Below are positions 1 to 13,509 of a stretch of DNA of 64,000 nucleotides, piece after piece (position 1 is the stretch's first letter; the number at the start of each line of letters is the position of its first letter). Both the position numbers and the translations under genes were made by a program. The stretch lies in contig JAUCBJ010001165.1 in NCBI GenBank assembly GCA_032718475.1, forward strand, positions 13,460-77,459, written 5' to 3'. The DNA is from Nemertoderma westbladi. Its lineage: Eukaryota; Animalia; Xenacoelomorpha. The notes beneath the pieces were generated by a model. The model searched no databases, had not been told where the DNA came from, and saw only the letters and a list, made by a program, of their open reading frames with translations.

Positions 1-1189
1 ACTTTCTAGGGGGCATGTCCGCCTGTGACACCGCCATCACTTTCTAGGGTGCATGTCCGCCTGTGACACCGCCATCACTTTCTAGGGTGCATGTTCTCCT
101 GTTTCACCGCCATCACTTTCTAGGGGGCATGTCCGCTGTAACACTGCCATCACTTTCTAGGAGGCATGTCCTCCTGTGACACCGCCATCACTTTCTAGGG
201 GGCATGTCCGCTGTAACACTGCCATAACTTTCTAGGGGGGATGTCCTCCTGTGACACCGCCATCACTTTCTAGGGGGCATGTCCTCCTGTGACACCGCCA
301 TCACTTTCTAGGGGGCATGTCCGCCTGTGACACCGCCATCACATTCTAGTGGGCATGTCCGCCTGTGACACAGCCATCACTTTCTAGGGGGCATGTCCTC
401 CTGTGACACCGCCATCACTTTCTAGGGGGCATGTCCGCCTGTGACACCGCCATCACTTTCTAGGGGGCATGTCCTCCTGTGACACCCCCATCACTTTCTA
501 GGGGGCATGTCCTCCTGTGACACCGCCATCACTTGATAGGGGGCATGTCCGCCTGTGACACCGCCATCACTTTCTAGGGGGCATGTCCTCCTGTGACACC
601 GCCATCACTTTCTAGGGGGCATGTCCTCCTCTGACACCGCCATCACTTTCTAGGGGGCATGTCCTCCTGTGACACCGCCATCACTTTCCAGGAGGCATGT
701 CCTCCTGTGACACCCCATCACTTTCTAGGGGGCATGTCCTCCTGTGACACTGCCATCACTTGATAGGGGGCATGTCCGCCTGTGACACCGCCATCACTTT
801 CTAGGGGGCATGTCCGCCTGTGACACCGCAATCACTTTCTAGGGGGCATGTCCTCCTGTGACACCGCCATCACTTTCTAGGGGGCATGTCCGCTGTAACA
901 CTGCCATAACTTTCTAGGGGGGATGTCCTCCTGTGACACCGCCACTAGGGGGCATGTCCGCCTGTGACACCGCCATCACTTTCTAGGGTGCATGTTCTCC
1001 TGTTTCACCGCCATCACTTTCTAGGGGGCATGTCCGCTGTAACACTGCCATCACTTTCTAGGAGGCATGTCCTCCTGTGACACCGGCATCACTTTCTAGG
1101 GGGCATGTCCGCTGTAACACTGCCATAACTTTCTAGGGGGGGGTGTCCTCCTGTGACACCGCCATCACTTTCTAGGGGGGATGTACTCC
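1..1189. repeat. 38-bp tandem satellite (ACTTTCTAGGGGGCATGTCC(G/T)CCTGTGACACCGCCATC), left part
   Basis: Unit recurs at 1, 39, 77 and onward; about 31 near-identical copies with recurring variants; runs off the window start and stops at the LTR of element A. Confidence 0.98.
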
Positions 1190-1204
1190 TGTTCGCGCTT
1201 TTAA

Positions 1205-2769
1205 CCCTATTAGTACCGGGCTATAAAATGTTGTACAAATACCGGGGGGGGGGGGGGGGGTCATATTGACCCCCCCCCCTCTAAAATCTACAAATATTTA
1301 CGAAAACGTCTGATTTTTTGTTTGTACGTAGGTATCACTTGTCTGGATGCGACCGAAAAAAAAAAATTTCGAAAAAATGTACTGGGGTGGTTATATTGCC
1401 GCACCAAAATTATAAGTAGTGCACAATTTTCACAAAATTTGAAAGTTAAATTTTCGGCTAATTATTTTTCAATACAGGTTTTCTGGGGTGCAAAATACAT
1501 TGGAAAATATTTAAAAATGATATGATTACTATAAATGGCTGTTTAGTCCTCTCTGCGTAGGAAAAAAATGAAAAAAACAAGTAAACAGCACTTTTCAGTT
1601 AGAACACAAAATTTTTAAGTCACTTATACGATGCTATAAATTTACATTTTCAGGTTTTCGAGGGCGCTGATTCTAATGGAATACATTTCTAATATGCCAG
1701 ATCATTGCTACTTATATTTTTCGGCGTAATTTGGCAAATTTTGGTGCTAGCACCAAATTTCATACCCATCACCAAAAAGTACAAGTTTGCGATGTCCAGT
1801 GCTGTTTTTATTGATTCTATCGGATTCAGGACCCTCATAAACCCGTATAACGCAAGAAACAAGGTGATACTATCTACTTATCAATTTGCATATTTTCCAA
1901 AATTTGGTGCTGGCACAACAATTTTCACCCACCGGCGAAAAATACAAGTTTGAGAACTCTTATGAAATTTTTACTGATTCCATTGAATTCAGAACCATCA
2001 CAAACCCGTATAACGCAAGAAACAAGGTGACACAATCAATTGATATATTTGATGGTTTTCAAATTTTGGTGCTAGCACCACATTTTGCACCCACATCCGA
2101 AAAATACAAGTTTGAGATGTCTAGTTCGCTAATTATATTTTCTATTGAATTCAGAACAGCCATAAACCTCTAAAACGCAAGAAATAAATTGTCACAAGCA
2201 ATTTTATCTATTGAATGGATTTTCAAAATTTCGTGCTAGCACCAAAATTTGCACACAGCACCGAAAAATACAAGTTTGATACGCTTGGTGCAACTCGTAT
2301 ATATTTCATCGAATCCAGAACCCCAAAAAACCTCAATTGTGCAAAAATCAAGTTTCAAACAATCAATTTACAAAATTGACTTATTTCAAAATTTGGTGCT
2401 GGCACCAAAATTTGGCACCCACCAAAAAAAACAAGTTTGAAATTTCTAAATCAATATATATGAATTCCATCCAATTTCTAACACCAAAAAACCGGTGTAA
2501 ATCAAAAATAGAGATGTTACAATTCATATTTAATGAAATGTAATTTTCAAAAAACGTCTCAAAAAAAGTGCCAAAAGTAGGGTTAAAAAATGGTGCTATA
2601 ACTCGAAAAGTACCCAATATTTTTAAAAACGGTTTTCACTACTAGGAAGACAATAGATTTTTAGGAAAAGTCATAAAATTTCAGATTCCCAACTGCGTTT
2701 GTTTCAGAATTATAATAAAAAAACCACGGGGGGGGGGGTCATATTGACCCTCCCCCGGGTTTAATAGGG
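1205..2769. mobile_element. Non-autonomous piggyBac-type DNA transposon (1565 bp)
   Basis: TTAA TSD at 1201-1204 and 2770-2773; TIRs CCCTATTAGTACCGGG / CCCGGGTTTAATAGGG; subterminal GGGGGGTCATATTGACCC palindromes at both ends; the empty site TTTTAAGACC is seen in the sister LTR near 14955-14964; no transposase ORF. Confidence 0.92.
1700..2520. repeat. About 5 diverged ~163-bp tandem units inside the piggyBac-type element
   Basis: TT(G/C)GTGCT(A/G)GCAC motif at about 1741, 1904, 2066, 2230 and 2393. Confidence 0.85.
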
Positions 2770-4045
2770 TTAAGACCTTTGGCAGTTTAACCCGCCAAAT
2801 CTATATGTCTTCTAGGTTATAAATCGACTTTAGCCTATGACAAGTATTTGATACAAATAAATCCAACATTAGCCGAAGCCAGTCTATGCGCGACCATTCA
2901 CCCACTGGATATACCCGGGAGACTGGATTTGGATGCATTAATTTGATTGCGGTGCAGGCCTACCGTACTATTCGATTGATCGTTAATATATAATCTCTGA
3001 CAAATATTATTCACTTTCGGGAAATATTAGCAGTTCCTTTAGGACGTGGCGCTCTATCCATATAAACAGAGCTATGACTTACACTATACACAACGGGATG
3101 GCTTATAGATCACAAAAGGTGCATTCTTTAGGAAATGCTTTGTTACTCGGTCAAGCACATACAGACTATTGCACACCACTGCACACTGAATTGCCGATAT
3201 TCACTGATTTTAATCATGTATAAAGAGAATAGCAACCGACATTTGTAGGGCCTATTAAGTAGCATTGAATTCACTACAAACCACGATAATGTATGTCGCA
3301 ATTGCTATATGTAACCGGTCTCTCTAACCTTAGTGTATCAAGAAGATTGGGGTTTCTGATCGTTTATCAATATTCTCCAAATAACAATATGCAAACGAAT
3401 GATACAATTAATAACAAACGGTAAATAGCAGTAAATAATGCGGTGAAAAGCAGTTTGAGTTTACAGCACGTAGTATGCAGTACCGTGCCAGACCAGGTAG
3501 GTAGTGTGCCAAGTTAACCAAGATAACAGTTTTGTGATCCTTTAATTAAAGACGTTCTAATGTTGGAATAATTCAGAAACATTCCACAGCCGGTGTTCTA
3601 AGCTGGGAAAAACGTCATTACTGAATCATGTGATTCTGCTGTACAGTTTTCATACAAAGAGGAAAATCTCTCTGATTGGTCAAACTGGCTGAGCCGAACA
3701 AAGAACCAAAGCTCCTGGCAAAAAGCTCTACGTGTACAGCTCAGCTGTTAGCTGTCGTCATAGTAACTACACTGTTTCAAGAGGATTTAGCGTATTGCGT
3801 CATAGAATTGCTAGTTATGTCCGCTAAAGTACACATACAGAAGAAATGGCTCTTTTATGTCCACTAAAACACCAGTACAGTAAGGATACGGCTTTTTAGG
3901 CCTGTTAAACCAACTACAGAGTACTTTGCGGGGAAAATAACCAGCCAATTCCGCAAAAGCTTTTACACCGCTCCCAGAAAATGGGATTTAATTCTATAAA
4001 ATATAAAAAATCACAGTTTCTAAAATATAAAAATACTCTAAACAG

Positions 4046-5564
4046 TTAGTTTTTCTTGCGCGGACGGCGTTTACGCAGTTTTTTGAGGCTAGCAAGAGTC
4101 CTTTTCTCTTTGGGACGAGCCACTTTACTAGGAGTGCTGTAAATCCTGGGTGAAGGGTGCAATACAATTGCATCAGAAGGTTTAGGGTTACGGTCGATGT
4201 CTCATCCATTTCGATATGCTTCTCCTCAAGCTGATTTTCCTCCGCTTATCGTTGGATGCGTTTGTCCAAAACTCTTGCAGAGAATAGGGTCGTCCAAGTT
4301 CGATATCTTCTTAGAGATTCTGGATTTCTTGATCGAACTGAGATAAAGCCAATTCGTTTACCGCTTGGACTTGCTGTTACAACTTACGTTTTTCTAAACA
4401 AACGCAGGTTTCCTTTCTGATCTTTGTAGAATATCGTTTAACTCGTTTCGTACAACGCTCTCCTCCACCTTGATGAAGGGTTGTATCGCGTTAAACTGGG
4501 ACGACCATACGGTTGAATGGTGATATTAGGTGTCCGCGTCCAAATCCGGCTAGATAAGATGGGCGGATAGCTAGAGCTCACTGCCGGAGAGTTACTGATT
4601 AATTGTTAGGGTAGCACTAGATCTTTGAACAGTGAATACAGCTCGTGAAGATCCGTGATACTATCAGAATCGCAAGTCTGAGGTCTAATTAAGGAATGAG
4701 GAGGTCTGACCGAGTATTCCGGAACTCCGATCGTAGGTTTACTCAAGGATCGTTTGAACCGAGTGAGCGTAGGTGATACGTCGAATAAGTTTCGCTCAAA
4801 ACTCCAGTAAGTATAACGAGTACAACTGTGTTTAGCACAACGTTTCCATGGATGTTTATGTCTTTCCGTTTATTAGTTGGGTCTAGGGTATTTATTGTGA
4901 TAATACCAAAGACGCACGTCCTGCAGGGGAAACGCGAGTGATCGTTCGCCGGTTTTACAATATTCCTCCATCTGTTCGAAGCTATCCGGTACAACAGGTA
5001 GCGGTCGATCGGCGGTAAGATACATCATAGTAAAATAGAGTCGTTTGAGTTCTATCATAGGGTCATGATGTATACCTTGAGGATATCGAGTTTCTAGGTT
5101 CTGTTGACTGGCAATATTGAGATATGTTTCGCTCAAAATTCCAGATACTCATTGAAGTTGCTGCTCTTATCCGGATCTTCAACGTCCTCTCTTTCGAGTC
5201 GGTTCCGAATAGAATTCTCGTGTTCTATTCTCGGTTTATCGTTACGACTACGCTGGGCATGGTATTTAAATAAAACCATTTCCCTTTCGGTGTCTACGTC
5301 GTCCGTATCGTGTAAATCGATAGAATGGCCAGTGGTTAAGAAGTCCATATACGTACCATTACGATGCGTGTAGCGAGCGGTGAATTTTCCATAGTCCAAT
5401 TCACGCGTAAGTTGCTTCTAGGAAATCGGCGGTTTGATATAACGACCATCGTCCTCCCTAGTAGTTGGACTAGCATCGCCGCGTATCAAGCTATCAACAA
5501 TCGTTTGTAAAGGTAGAGTATATCATTCCCTGATACCAAGACCATCTTCTATCAACTCCGTCAT
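4046..5564 (-). pseudogene. Degenerate, internally deleted copy of the extra ORF (ORF3) of element A
   Basis: Fragments such as FTARYTHRNGTYMDFLTTGH and ETYLNIASQQNLETRYPQG match ORF 29073; stops and frameshifts; a large deletion near 4195 removes the exonuclease and zinc-knuckle region. Confidence 0.9.
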
Positions 5565-7218
5565 ATCTGCTATATGAGTTTATTAATATTATAATGAGTT
5601 TGTAATTAGGCTAGCGAGCGTCGCTGCCTACCCCAATCGGCCCCCGGACAGTGCGAGATCCTTAGCGCCGATGTGCTGTCGCCGCGGTGCTTTCGCCAAC
5701 GTAGTAGCTACACCACGACAACGACAACCGGCACAAGTCACTCGACTGTCCGTCCCAAAGGCTTGGATTCACTTCAGGTTCTTACTGGAGAGTTAGGGTT
5801 ACTTTCACAATTGCGACTCGCTACTGTAAACACACTTTAGTAGTAACATTCTCCTATAAACACATGAATTCCACACAAATGTCACAAATTACACACACTT
5901 GGGCCATTTGTCCGTTAGTCAGTGCCTTCCAGAATGTCATGTTATTATTATGTATCCTTGGATACTAGCAGTGCGCTATTTATTCCTTATGCTATGCAAT
6001 GGGGCAAGCTTTCTATTGTTCTTTTTAACTCACTTCTAATTATAGCGTTGGTGTTAATATGGTGACATTATAGAAAGCTAGCGGTAGAATTAGGGTAATT
6101 CCAATGCATACAGATCTGGGATGCTATTCAATAGTAATTATTTAATGGTCAATATCCCGTTTATACATGATTTTATAAATTTTATCGGCTATTGACTTAT
6201 ACATTGGAGATTCTCACACTCTAACACACTTAATAGGATGAATCTCCGCTCCCGTGATCTATTAATTAATGGGATTTTGGGAATGTTATAAATTGCATAA
6301 AATTGCAATTTATTAAATTCATTAAAATATGAACTCAAATTTATTCCCGGAAATTTTATTATTTGATAGTTAGATTGACACAATTTTGATTCCAGAGCAT
6401 ATCTGGGGACATAGGATCCTTGATTCTAGGAAAATTGTCTTTTAAGAGTATCGGTAAGTGCTACGATATGTTAATTCGACTAGGACTAGGATTTAAAGGA
6501 TCTGAATTTTACAGATTTTGATTTATAAATTTGTAAATATTAAATAATTAATATTTGAGATGGGCACCGATTTATTCCAGAACTAGTCTGTGGACGTTAA
6601 CCACTGATTCTAATATTTGTCTTTCAAGTATATCGGTGGGTGCCGCGATATCTTAATCGACTAGAATTACAGATGGTCAAAAGGTTTAACAGATTTATTT
6701 TGCGTTTTACGCTACTGTTAGAGGGACATCACGCTACTATATGTATTATTATATATGGTATGAGAGCAATATCGCACGAAGCAATGTCAGTGTGAAGAGG
6801 CAAGTCGTTTCCAAGGTCTACCCAGGGCTTGGTTTAGCCGAGACACTAGGATCTGAACTTTGCATTCCTAATACTCTGCCTACCAATAATACTTGAATAT
6901 AGTAGTGGCTTTATTGTATTTTAATAAGTACGGACATTTCGTCTTAAGTAGTCATGTATTTATAAGATAATACAGATAGTAAGGAAAGAAAAATAATTAT
7001 TTCTTGTCGTCGCACTAAATATATATTATAAGTAATTACGTAAGTAATAAACACTAATATATATTGCACTAATCTACTAAATAATCGCTAAAATAATATT
7101 CTACTAAATAAAATTAAAGAACACGATTATAATAAAATTACATAATAATACCTACATAAATATAAAAATAATAAAACGAATTTAAAATAATATAGTCACA
7201 CACCCACTCCATATGTGG

Positions 7219-10200
7219 TTACGTTATGGAGTCCCTAGATGTTTGTAGGATTAGGGAGGTGGTCGTGGGAAGAGTATCTTGCCTTCCACAGTTTACGGAG
7301 AGTCCTCTATCCCCTTCCAGTAAACATAAACGACTGACTGGGCGATTGAGTCGCTGCATCCCGAATACAATTCCAGGTTTCCTCTTCGTCCTGGAATAGT
7401 GACAATAGAAACATCGCTCTAAGTACACGACGGCCTTACAAAGCCGATTCCAAGAGCTATAGTGGTCCGTCGCTCCCGACAGGAGAGGTGAGAGTCCCTG
7501 CGAGACGTCTGGTGTTCTAGATCTCCAGTCAGTCTCTCTGATCTCCACGACAGATCCGCTCGCGGTGGGGAGGTTCAGATCCACAGCGTCGTCCCTGGCA
7601 ATGTGTAATACAGACAGATCTATCACGGGTTTAAATAACCTCAATTTACTCGTCCGGGTTTTAGGTTTGACTTTCTCCGCTCCCTTGGCTTGTCTAATCT
7701 CAGCCGGGGTAAGATGGGGAGGCCCTTCATTGTCTTTACTTACGAAGTCGGGTTCACCTAACCAGTCTGGAGTATCTGTCAGTTCTTGAGGAGTTGCTCC
7801 TCTGGAAGCGATGTCGGCTAGATTAATCGTCTTGGGGCAATGTCTCCATTGATCTACATTAGAGCTAATATTGTCATTATCTGAGGATTGTGGTGTTCCC
7901 TCAGTTGGGTCATCTCCCTCACTAGTATCATCTTCCCATTCACTCACCTGGCAGACGCGATCTTGAGGCAGTCTTTCCCTGAGCGTTCTACGGGAAGGTC
8001 CAGTAAGGTACCAACCTACTCTAGTTCTTCCCGCATAGGTTTGTAGTGGTTGCGGTTGAGCAGGTCGTTTCTCCAATGTCTCTAGCGCCTCATGCGCGTT
8101 TTGACCGATGAGTATTTGTACTCCAGGATAATCAGTGTCGAATCTAGGGATGTTAAGTTGCTGGGCGTAATCATCTTCGTCCCAATTATTAGGTTCCACC
8201 TGTCTGGTAGCGAAGTTCTTTATTGCCACCATCTTTACTGACCTTATACTGTGTTCTCCTAGTTCATCCTGGGGGGTGGACAACGCACCTACATAATAAT
8301 CCGCGATTACTGTAGATTTCCAAACCTGCATAATTCCGGACATGTTTAACTTAGCTCGGAACTTGGGTTGTCCAGCAAATATGTCTTCGGCTAGTTCTTT
8401 GTCGATGAATGTTCCTGTGCTACCGGAGTCAAGGAGGGCGTTCACTATATAACTCCTTGTAGGTCCATGGACCCTTAACTGTACTACAGGAAATTCTCGG
8501 ATTCCTACATTGGAAGTTGGTGCTTTCCAAGATGGTTGTCTGTCAGAAGTAGTTAGGGGGAGCTCACCGTTGGTATCCTTTTCATACGTATGTGCTCGAT
8601 ACACTGCGATATTTATCTGATAACAGGATTCGTTTTCGTCGGAGAATTCGTACGTATAGAATCCTTCCATCTCAGAAGTTTGGTCAGTGTTGTTCACATC
8701 ACTGAATTGGACATGTAGTTCGGACTCACTTACCTGACTCGAGCTGCTTCGTTCGAATTCAGTGTGCAACAAGATATGATGTTTTGCGCCGCACTTTGCA
8801 CACCTTGCGTCGGAGTAACAGGTTCGCCGTTGGTGTCCTCGTCTGAGGCAATTATAACACAACAGCTTATCCCACATGACTTTACGTCGATCCCTTAATG
8901 ATTTCTTTAAGAATTCATCACATCCACTTAAGCGATGGGGCCCGTCACACAGCGCACATTTCGGTTTGATGTTACTTACTTTAACCTGTGCTGTGTGGTG
9001 CACACTTGTTCTTTCCTCGGGCTTTCTTACATGAATTCTCTTAGGAGACGTAGGAGGAGTTTTTCTTACCTGTTCTCTCCTGTCATTGGTTTGAGACTTA
9101 TATTTACTTACCTGTTCTTTAGGCGTTTTATTGACATAATAAGATCTTTCAGTGTCTTTCCCGCTGTCTTCTTCTTGAGAAGCCTGGCTTTCGCCGTTGT
9201 CGGTATAACACACTGGTGTTATCTTTCTCCTAGAAACGGGTTTCTCACTTACCTTGTTTTCCGGTGTCTTCTCTCTGGACTGCTTTAGGAGCTGTAATTT
9301 CACCTCGCCATCCAAGAATGACAAGAGATCAGCCATGGTAGGATCTCTTCGTTGTTGTTCCATCATATATAACACTGTCTTGTCCCAGCGTGTACATACT
9401 CCGCCCTTGGGCAAATTAGATGCTAAGGCTCCTACAACCATAGAATTCTGGTATTCATGAGACTTACCTAACCAATCTAGTTGTCTACAGATCTCCTGAA
9501 TATCGTCGGAAAACTCTATAATCCCGCTGCTAAGAAACTTTCGGGGCGCCATTAATTTCGCATATAAATACCTAGCTATGTTAGTCCTATTACCATACCT
9601 GATGTTCAGTGTATCCCAAACTTGTCTTAATCCATCTGGATGTCCAATAAACTTTAACGCCATTAACTTGGGAGATCCTTCCAAGCACTCAATGAGGAAT
9701 CTAAGTTTCTCTCCGTTAGATAGCACAGAGCTCTGTATGTTATCTTTGTAATATTCATTAAAAGGTAACCATTTCATCTCATCTCCATTGAATTTGACGA
9801 TCTCTCCCACCTTTACCGCTTGACGGGCTTCGGTTCTAGCCATTTGACGCATAAAACTTTCTTGGGCCATCGTGTTATTGAATATCGAATTATCGGTATA
9901 TAAATTTCTCGGATTATGATCAGGTCTATAGGGAATCTCATTGTCCACAGGTTTATAATTACCCTTAATAGGGTTTACTATAGGAGTTTCCACTTCGCTA
10001 GCAGTATAGATGCGTGTAGGCTCCACACCTTGCGCATGAAATACTTCATTGTTACATTGTTACAGGGGGTGGTGGTATACCCTTTTGTGTACTTACTAAT
10101 TTATCGCGTTCTAACGCGATACTTTGCTGCACTTCTTGCAACTCTAACCTACTTTCCCTTACTGTGCCCTTGAACTGCTTAACAGTCTCCTGCATCTGCT

Positions 10201-12177
10201 CGAGCAGGAGATCCATCCCCCGCCGTCTCTCATCCACCCATTCGACCGCCGAAGCGGGAGTCGCCAACGTTTTAGCGGGCAGACGAGGGACAACGGGCGA
10301 CAAATCATTAATATTTCGCTCGGAGTCCAGGACATGAACTGTCTCAGGTGTTGTTTTGGGGGGCACAGGTAGCTTAGTGCTGTGCAGAGGGAATTTAGAG
10401 GTAGGTTCAGGGAGCACAGGTGTCTCTATCACCGAAGGGGTGATTTCCAGAACAGGCCTAATTATTTCAGGCTCATCTACTATAGTAGGGAGTCTTTCTA
10501 TTTTAATTATTTGGTCTGTGGGTTCTGTACTACCCAAGCCTGTGTTAGCTAGTTGTTTTCGAACAGTTGGGGGCAAATCAAGCAATTTTTGACGGTGGGA
10601 CATTCTTCTACGTCTGCTTAGGCGAGATCGATTTCCTCCGCCTTCAGGATCGGTGGTATCGCCTTCCTCAGATGATGTATATCCCTGTCTTTTGGGAGTT
10701 GATCGATTCATCATCTGCATATTACTAGCTGTTAACTGTTTATTAAAGTTGTCTTGCTTCTCTTGAAGACTTTCCAACTCTAGTTGGGTTGCTTCTTCAG
10801 ATGCCCTCCGTTCTGCTTCTGCCACTGCTATCCTTCTTTCCGCTTCTGCCGCTGCCGCTTTCCTATCCGCTTCTGCCGCTTTTCTATATGCTTCTGCCAC
10901 TTTTCTATCCGCTTCTGCCGCTGCCGCTTTCCTATCCGCTTCTGCCGCTGCCACTGCTGCTGCTGCTGTCTTTCTATCTTCTATACATTTTTTCTTTAAC
11001 TGATCTTCTTGGACTCTTGTGATGCAGAGTTGTTCATCAAATTTAGCTTGGTTTGCAGCTATCATATCCGCATCGATTGCGTCCAACACAAGCTTGGCTC
11101 CTTCACTATTAGGGCTAAGTCCCTCCAGCCGTCTCCTCAACTCTTCGTCTCCTACAAAGCGTTGATAGTCTGACAGATAGATGTCAATAGCATCCCTCTT
11201 ATGCAGTTTCTCTGCTGTTGCTTCACTTTCCACTTGAGAAAAGGTAGCGTCTGTTGATTCTCCAAGGTTTGAGCGCTCCTCTAACTGCGATTTCCACGGG
11301 GCAGTTCTTTGAACTTGGAGACTCACCCGCTGTAGCCAAGTCTTTACGGCAACTTGCAACGACGTGTCTTGTTTTCTTTTCGAAGCCTCCTCAAAGGCAG
11401 ATAAGATTAGTCTGATTCTTAGAATTCTTTCTCTAACTTGATAAAGCAGCTCTCCCTGCTCTTGAGGTCCTTGTGGTTGTCTAAACAGTTGTTCCTCTAA
11501 TCGCTCCATAGAGCTGAAGAATCCCTGTACGTATCCGGCTGTTGACCTCTTCCATACAGCTGGATCGATGGTTTCCTTTGTTACTCCCAAAGTATGTGTA
11601 TGTCTTCCCAAGCAGCTTCCGATAAGTCAAACGGTAGTCCGGGTCCGGGGGAGTTCCATTGCGACTCGACAATAGACTTCAGTTCTTCCCGTGTATATCC
11701 CGCATAACTATCCTTGGTCGATCGCTTACTTCTCGTCCAATCAATCTGGTGTTCCTCCACCGCAATCAATACCCTGGTGAGTACGGCTGCAGGAAGGATG
11801 AGAAGGGGATCCGAATAAACCGCTTCTGCCATCTTTGCTCCGCACTCGGGTGTCAGCTCTACAGTATCCGCACTACTGGAGCTGTCGGGCCGCTGAGAAA
11901 TAAGTTCTCGGCTCGCGGGTTGTTGCTGTTCCGCTGCTTCTTGGTCCTGCTTGACTTGAGCTCGAGTGCCTATGATAGACCTACGGTGTTGGACCAGCCT
12001 AGGGTCTGATATCACTACTGTAGGGATGACCTTGCTTACAGTAGGAGGGGACTTGGACTTTGGTCTCAGACGTTCTATACTCTTAGCTGAGTCCCAGATC
12101 TTTTTAAGACCCTGTCTAACACTCATTCTAGCACTTTCTAAGAGACTATCTAACAGTGTTTGTTTTGTGTCAGACAT
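7219..12177 (-). pseudogene. gag-protease remnant of element A (frameshifted; RT/RNase H and integrase core deleted)
   Basis: ORFs 11581-12177, 10052-11611 and 7219-10026 are colinear with the 2759-aa ORF; Gag core KFNGDEMKW, three Cys/His knuckles and protease LLDSGS present; jumps SSDNDN to DQWRHCP and RTK to KPGIVF mark two deletions. Confidence 0.93.
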
Positions 12178-13509
12178 GTTTGATTGTACAGTTAAATGCC
12201 TACTGCTATATTACAGTTAAAGCAAGTCTAGTAATTCAGTATCACTGTTAGCCTAGTAATTAATTACCGATACTGTTACTCAGTGTAACGTGATATATAT
12301 ACAATATATTAGAATACCGGTATGCTTATAGTATATATATATAAGTATTATTACAGACTAGGTTTGTCACAGAATACCGGAATATAATTTTAGCACAAAT
12401 ATATATAAATATATAATAGGCCTATCGTGAATACCGGTATACAGCTTACACTTATAGTATATATAAGTATAATTATGGACTAGAATTAATTACAGAATAC
12501 CGGTATAATTTCAGCCTAAATTTATTGAAATAAATATAATAAGCCTATTGTAAATACCGGTATGTCAATTATTTTAAAATAATTGAATTTCTGAATGTTA
12601 GGGGTTACTTGGTTACTTTACCTTACTTTATTACCGTTATTTAAGCAGTAGTCCAACTGATATTGAGACCTAATTGTTGTATGGCAGACCTACTATTTAT
12701 AAATCGTTTGAGTTGATTTATAATATTTATACCCGTATGAGGGTTTTTGTTACAATATTGAAATAGATGTTATTATTTCTGGGAAGAAGTCACTACACAG
12801 AAGCTGTGCGCTCTCAGTGAAGTGCTACTTGTTGGACACTAAAACAAATAATTATAATTTACCTAAGTTACTTAATACTACAAGTTACGTACAATTTGGG
12901 GTGAGATTACAATCTCTAAATAAACGCAGAAATTACACGTACGAAATTTTGGGTAATTTTACAAGAAGTCTACAAACCAGCCTAACAGAGGGTTAGATTA
13001 TCTGGTTATTACAACGGACAGGGTACTACGGTATTTGAAAATAATAAGTAGTAGTAAATATACTGCGTTGTCCAGATAGGAAAAATACCACCGTCTGACG
13101 ACCTATAGCCGTATCGCTATAGGTACTACGTTATGTATCACGGAGTGTTCCTACCTAGAGATTAATTACCGCAGTCTACCAGAACCAACGTGGCTATTAA
13201 CCACTTTACAACACAAATATACTGCCTACACACTAATTACCTTCGGAAAGCACTGTACACTAAACCCTAAATTAGGTACAAGTACTTATAAAACAGATAA
13301 TCAGCAGTTAAAAATACTTGTACAGCCAAAAGAACCACGGTATCTGCTGGAGTGACTGGGGCACAAGATCACCAGTCTTTACCTACGCCAAGCAGCCCTG
13401 ATGTAGTACCGGGGTTAATTTAACTATAATGGTATGTTAACAAGCACAATTACTGTAGGAATAAACTTGGGGATATGAATGTTGCGAATAATCGCATAAA
13501 CTCTGAATA

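Larger units (their letters stand above)
1190..3967 (-). repeat. 3' LTR of element A (interrupted by piggyBac-type insert)
   Basis: 1190-1204 plus 2774-3967 matches 14946-15780 plus 34714-35081; bordered by the polypurine-tract-like TTTTCTGGGAGCGG on the minus strand at 3968-3981. Confidence 0.93.

Noticed and set aside
1-1189. 38-bp repeats as a CRISPR array (also 35082-37019 and 39311-39900)
   Set aside because: Units are head-to-tail with no unique spacers; eukaryotic context; no cas genes.
1322-2617. Short ORFs in the piggyBac-type element as transposase remnants
   Set aside because: No transposase motifs; they arise from the 163-bp tandem units.
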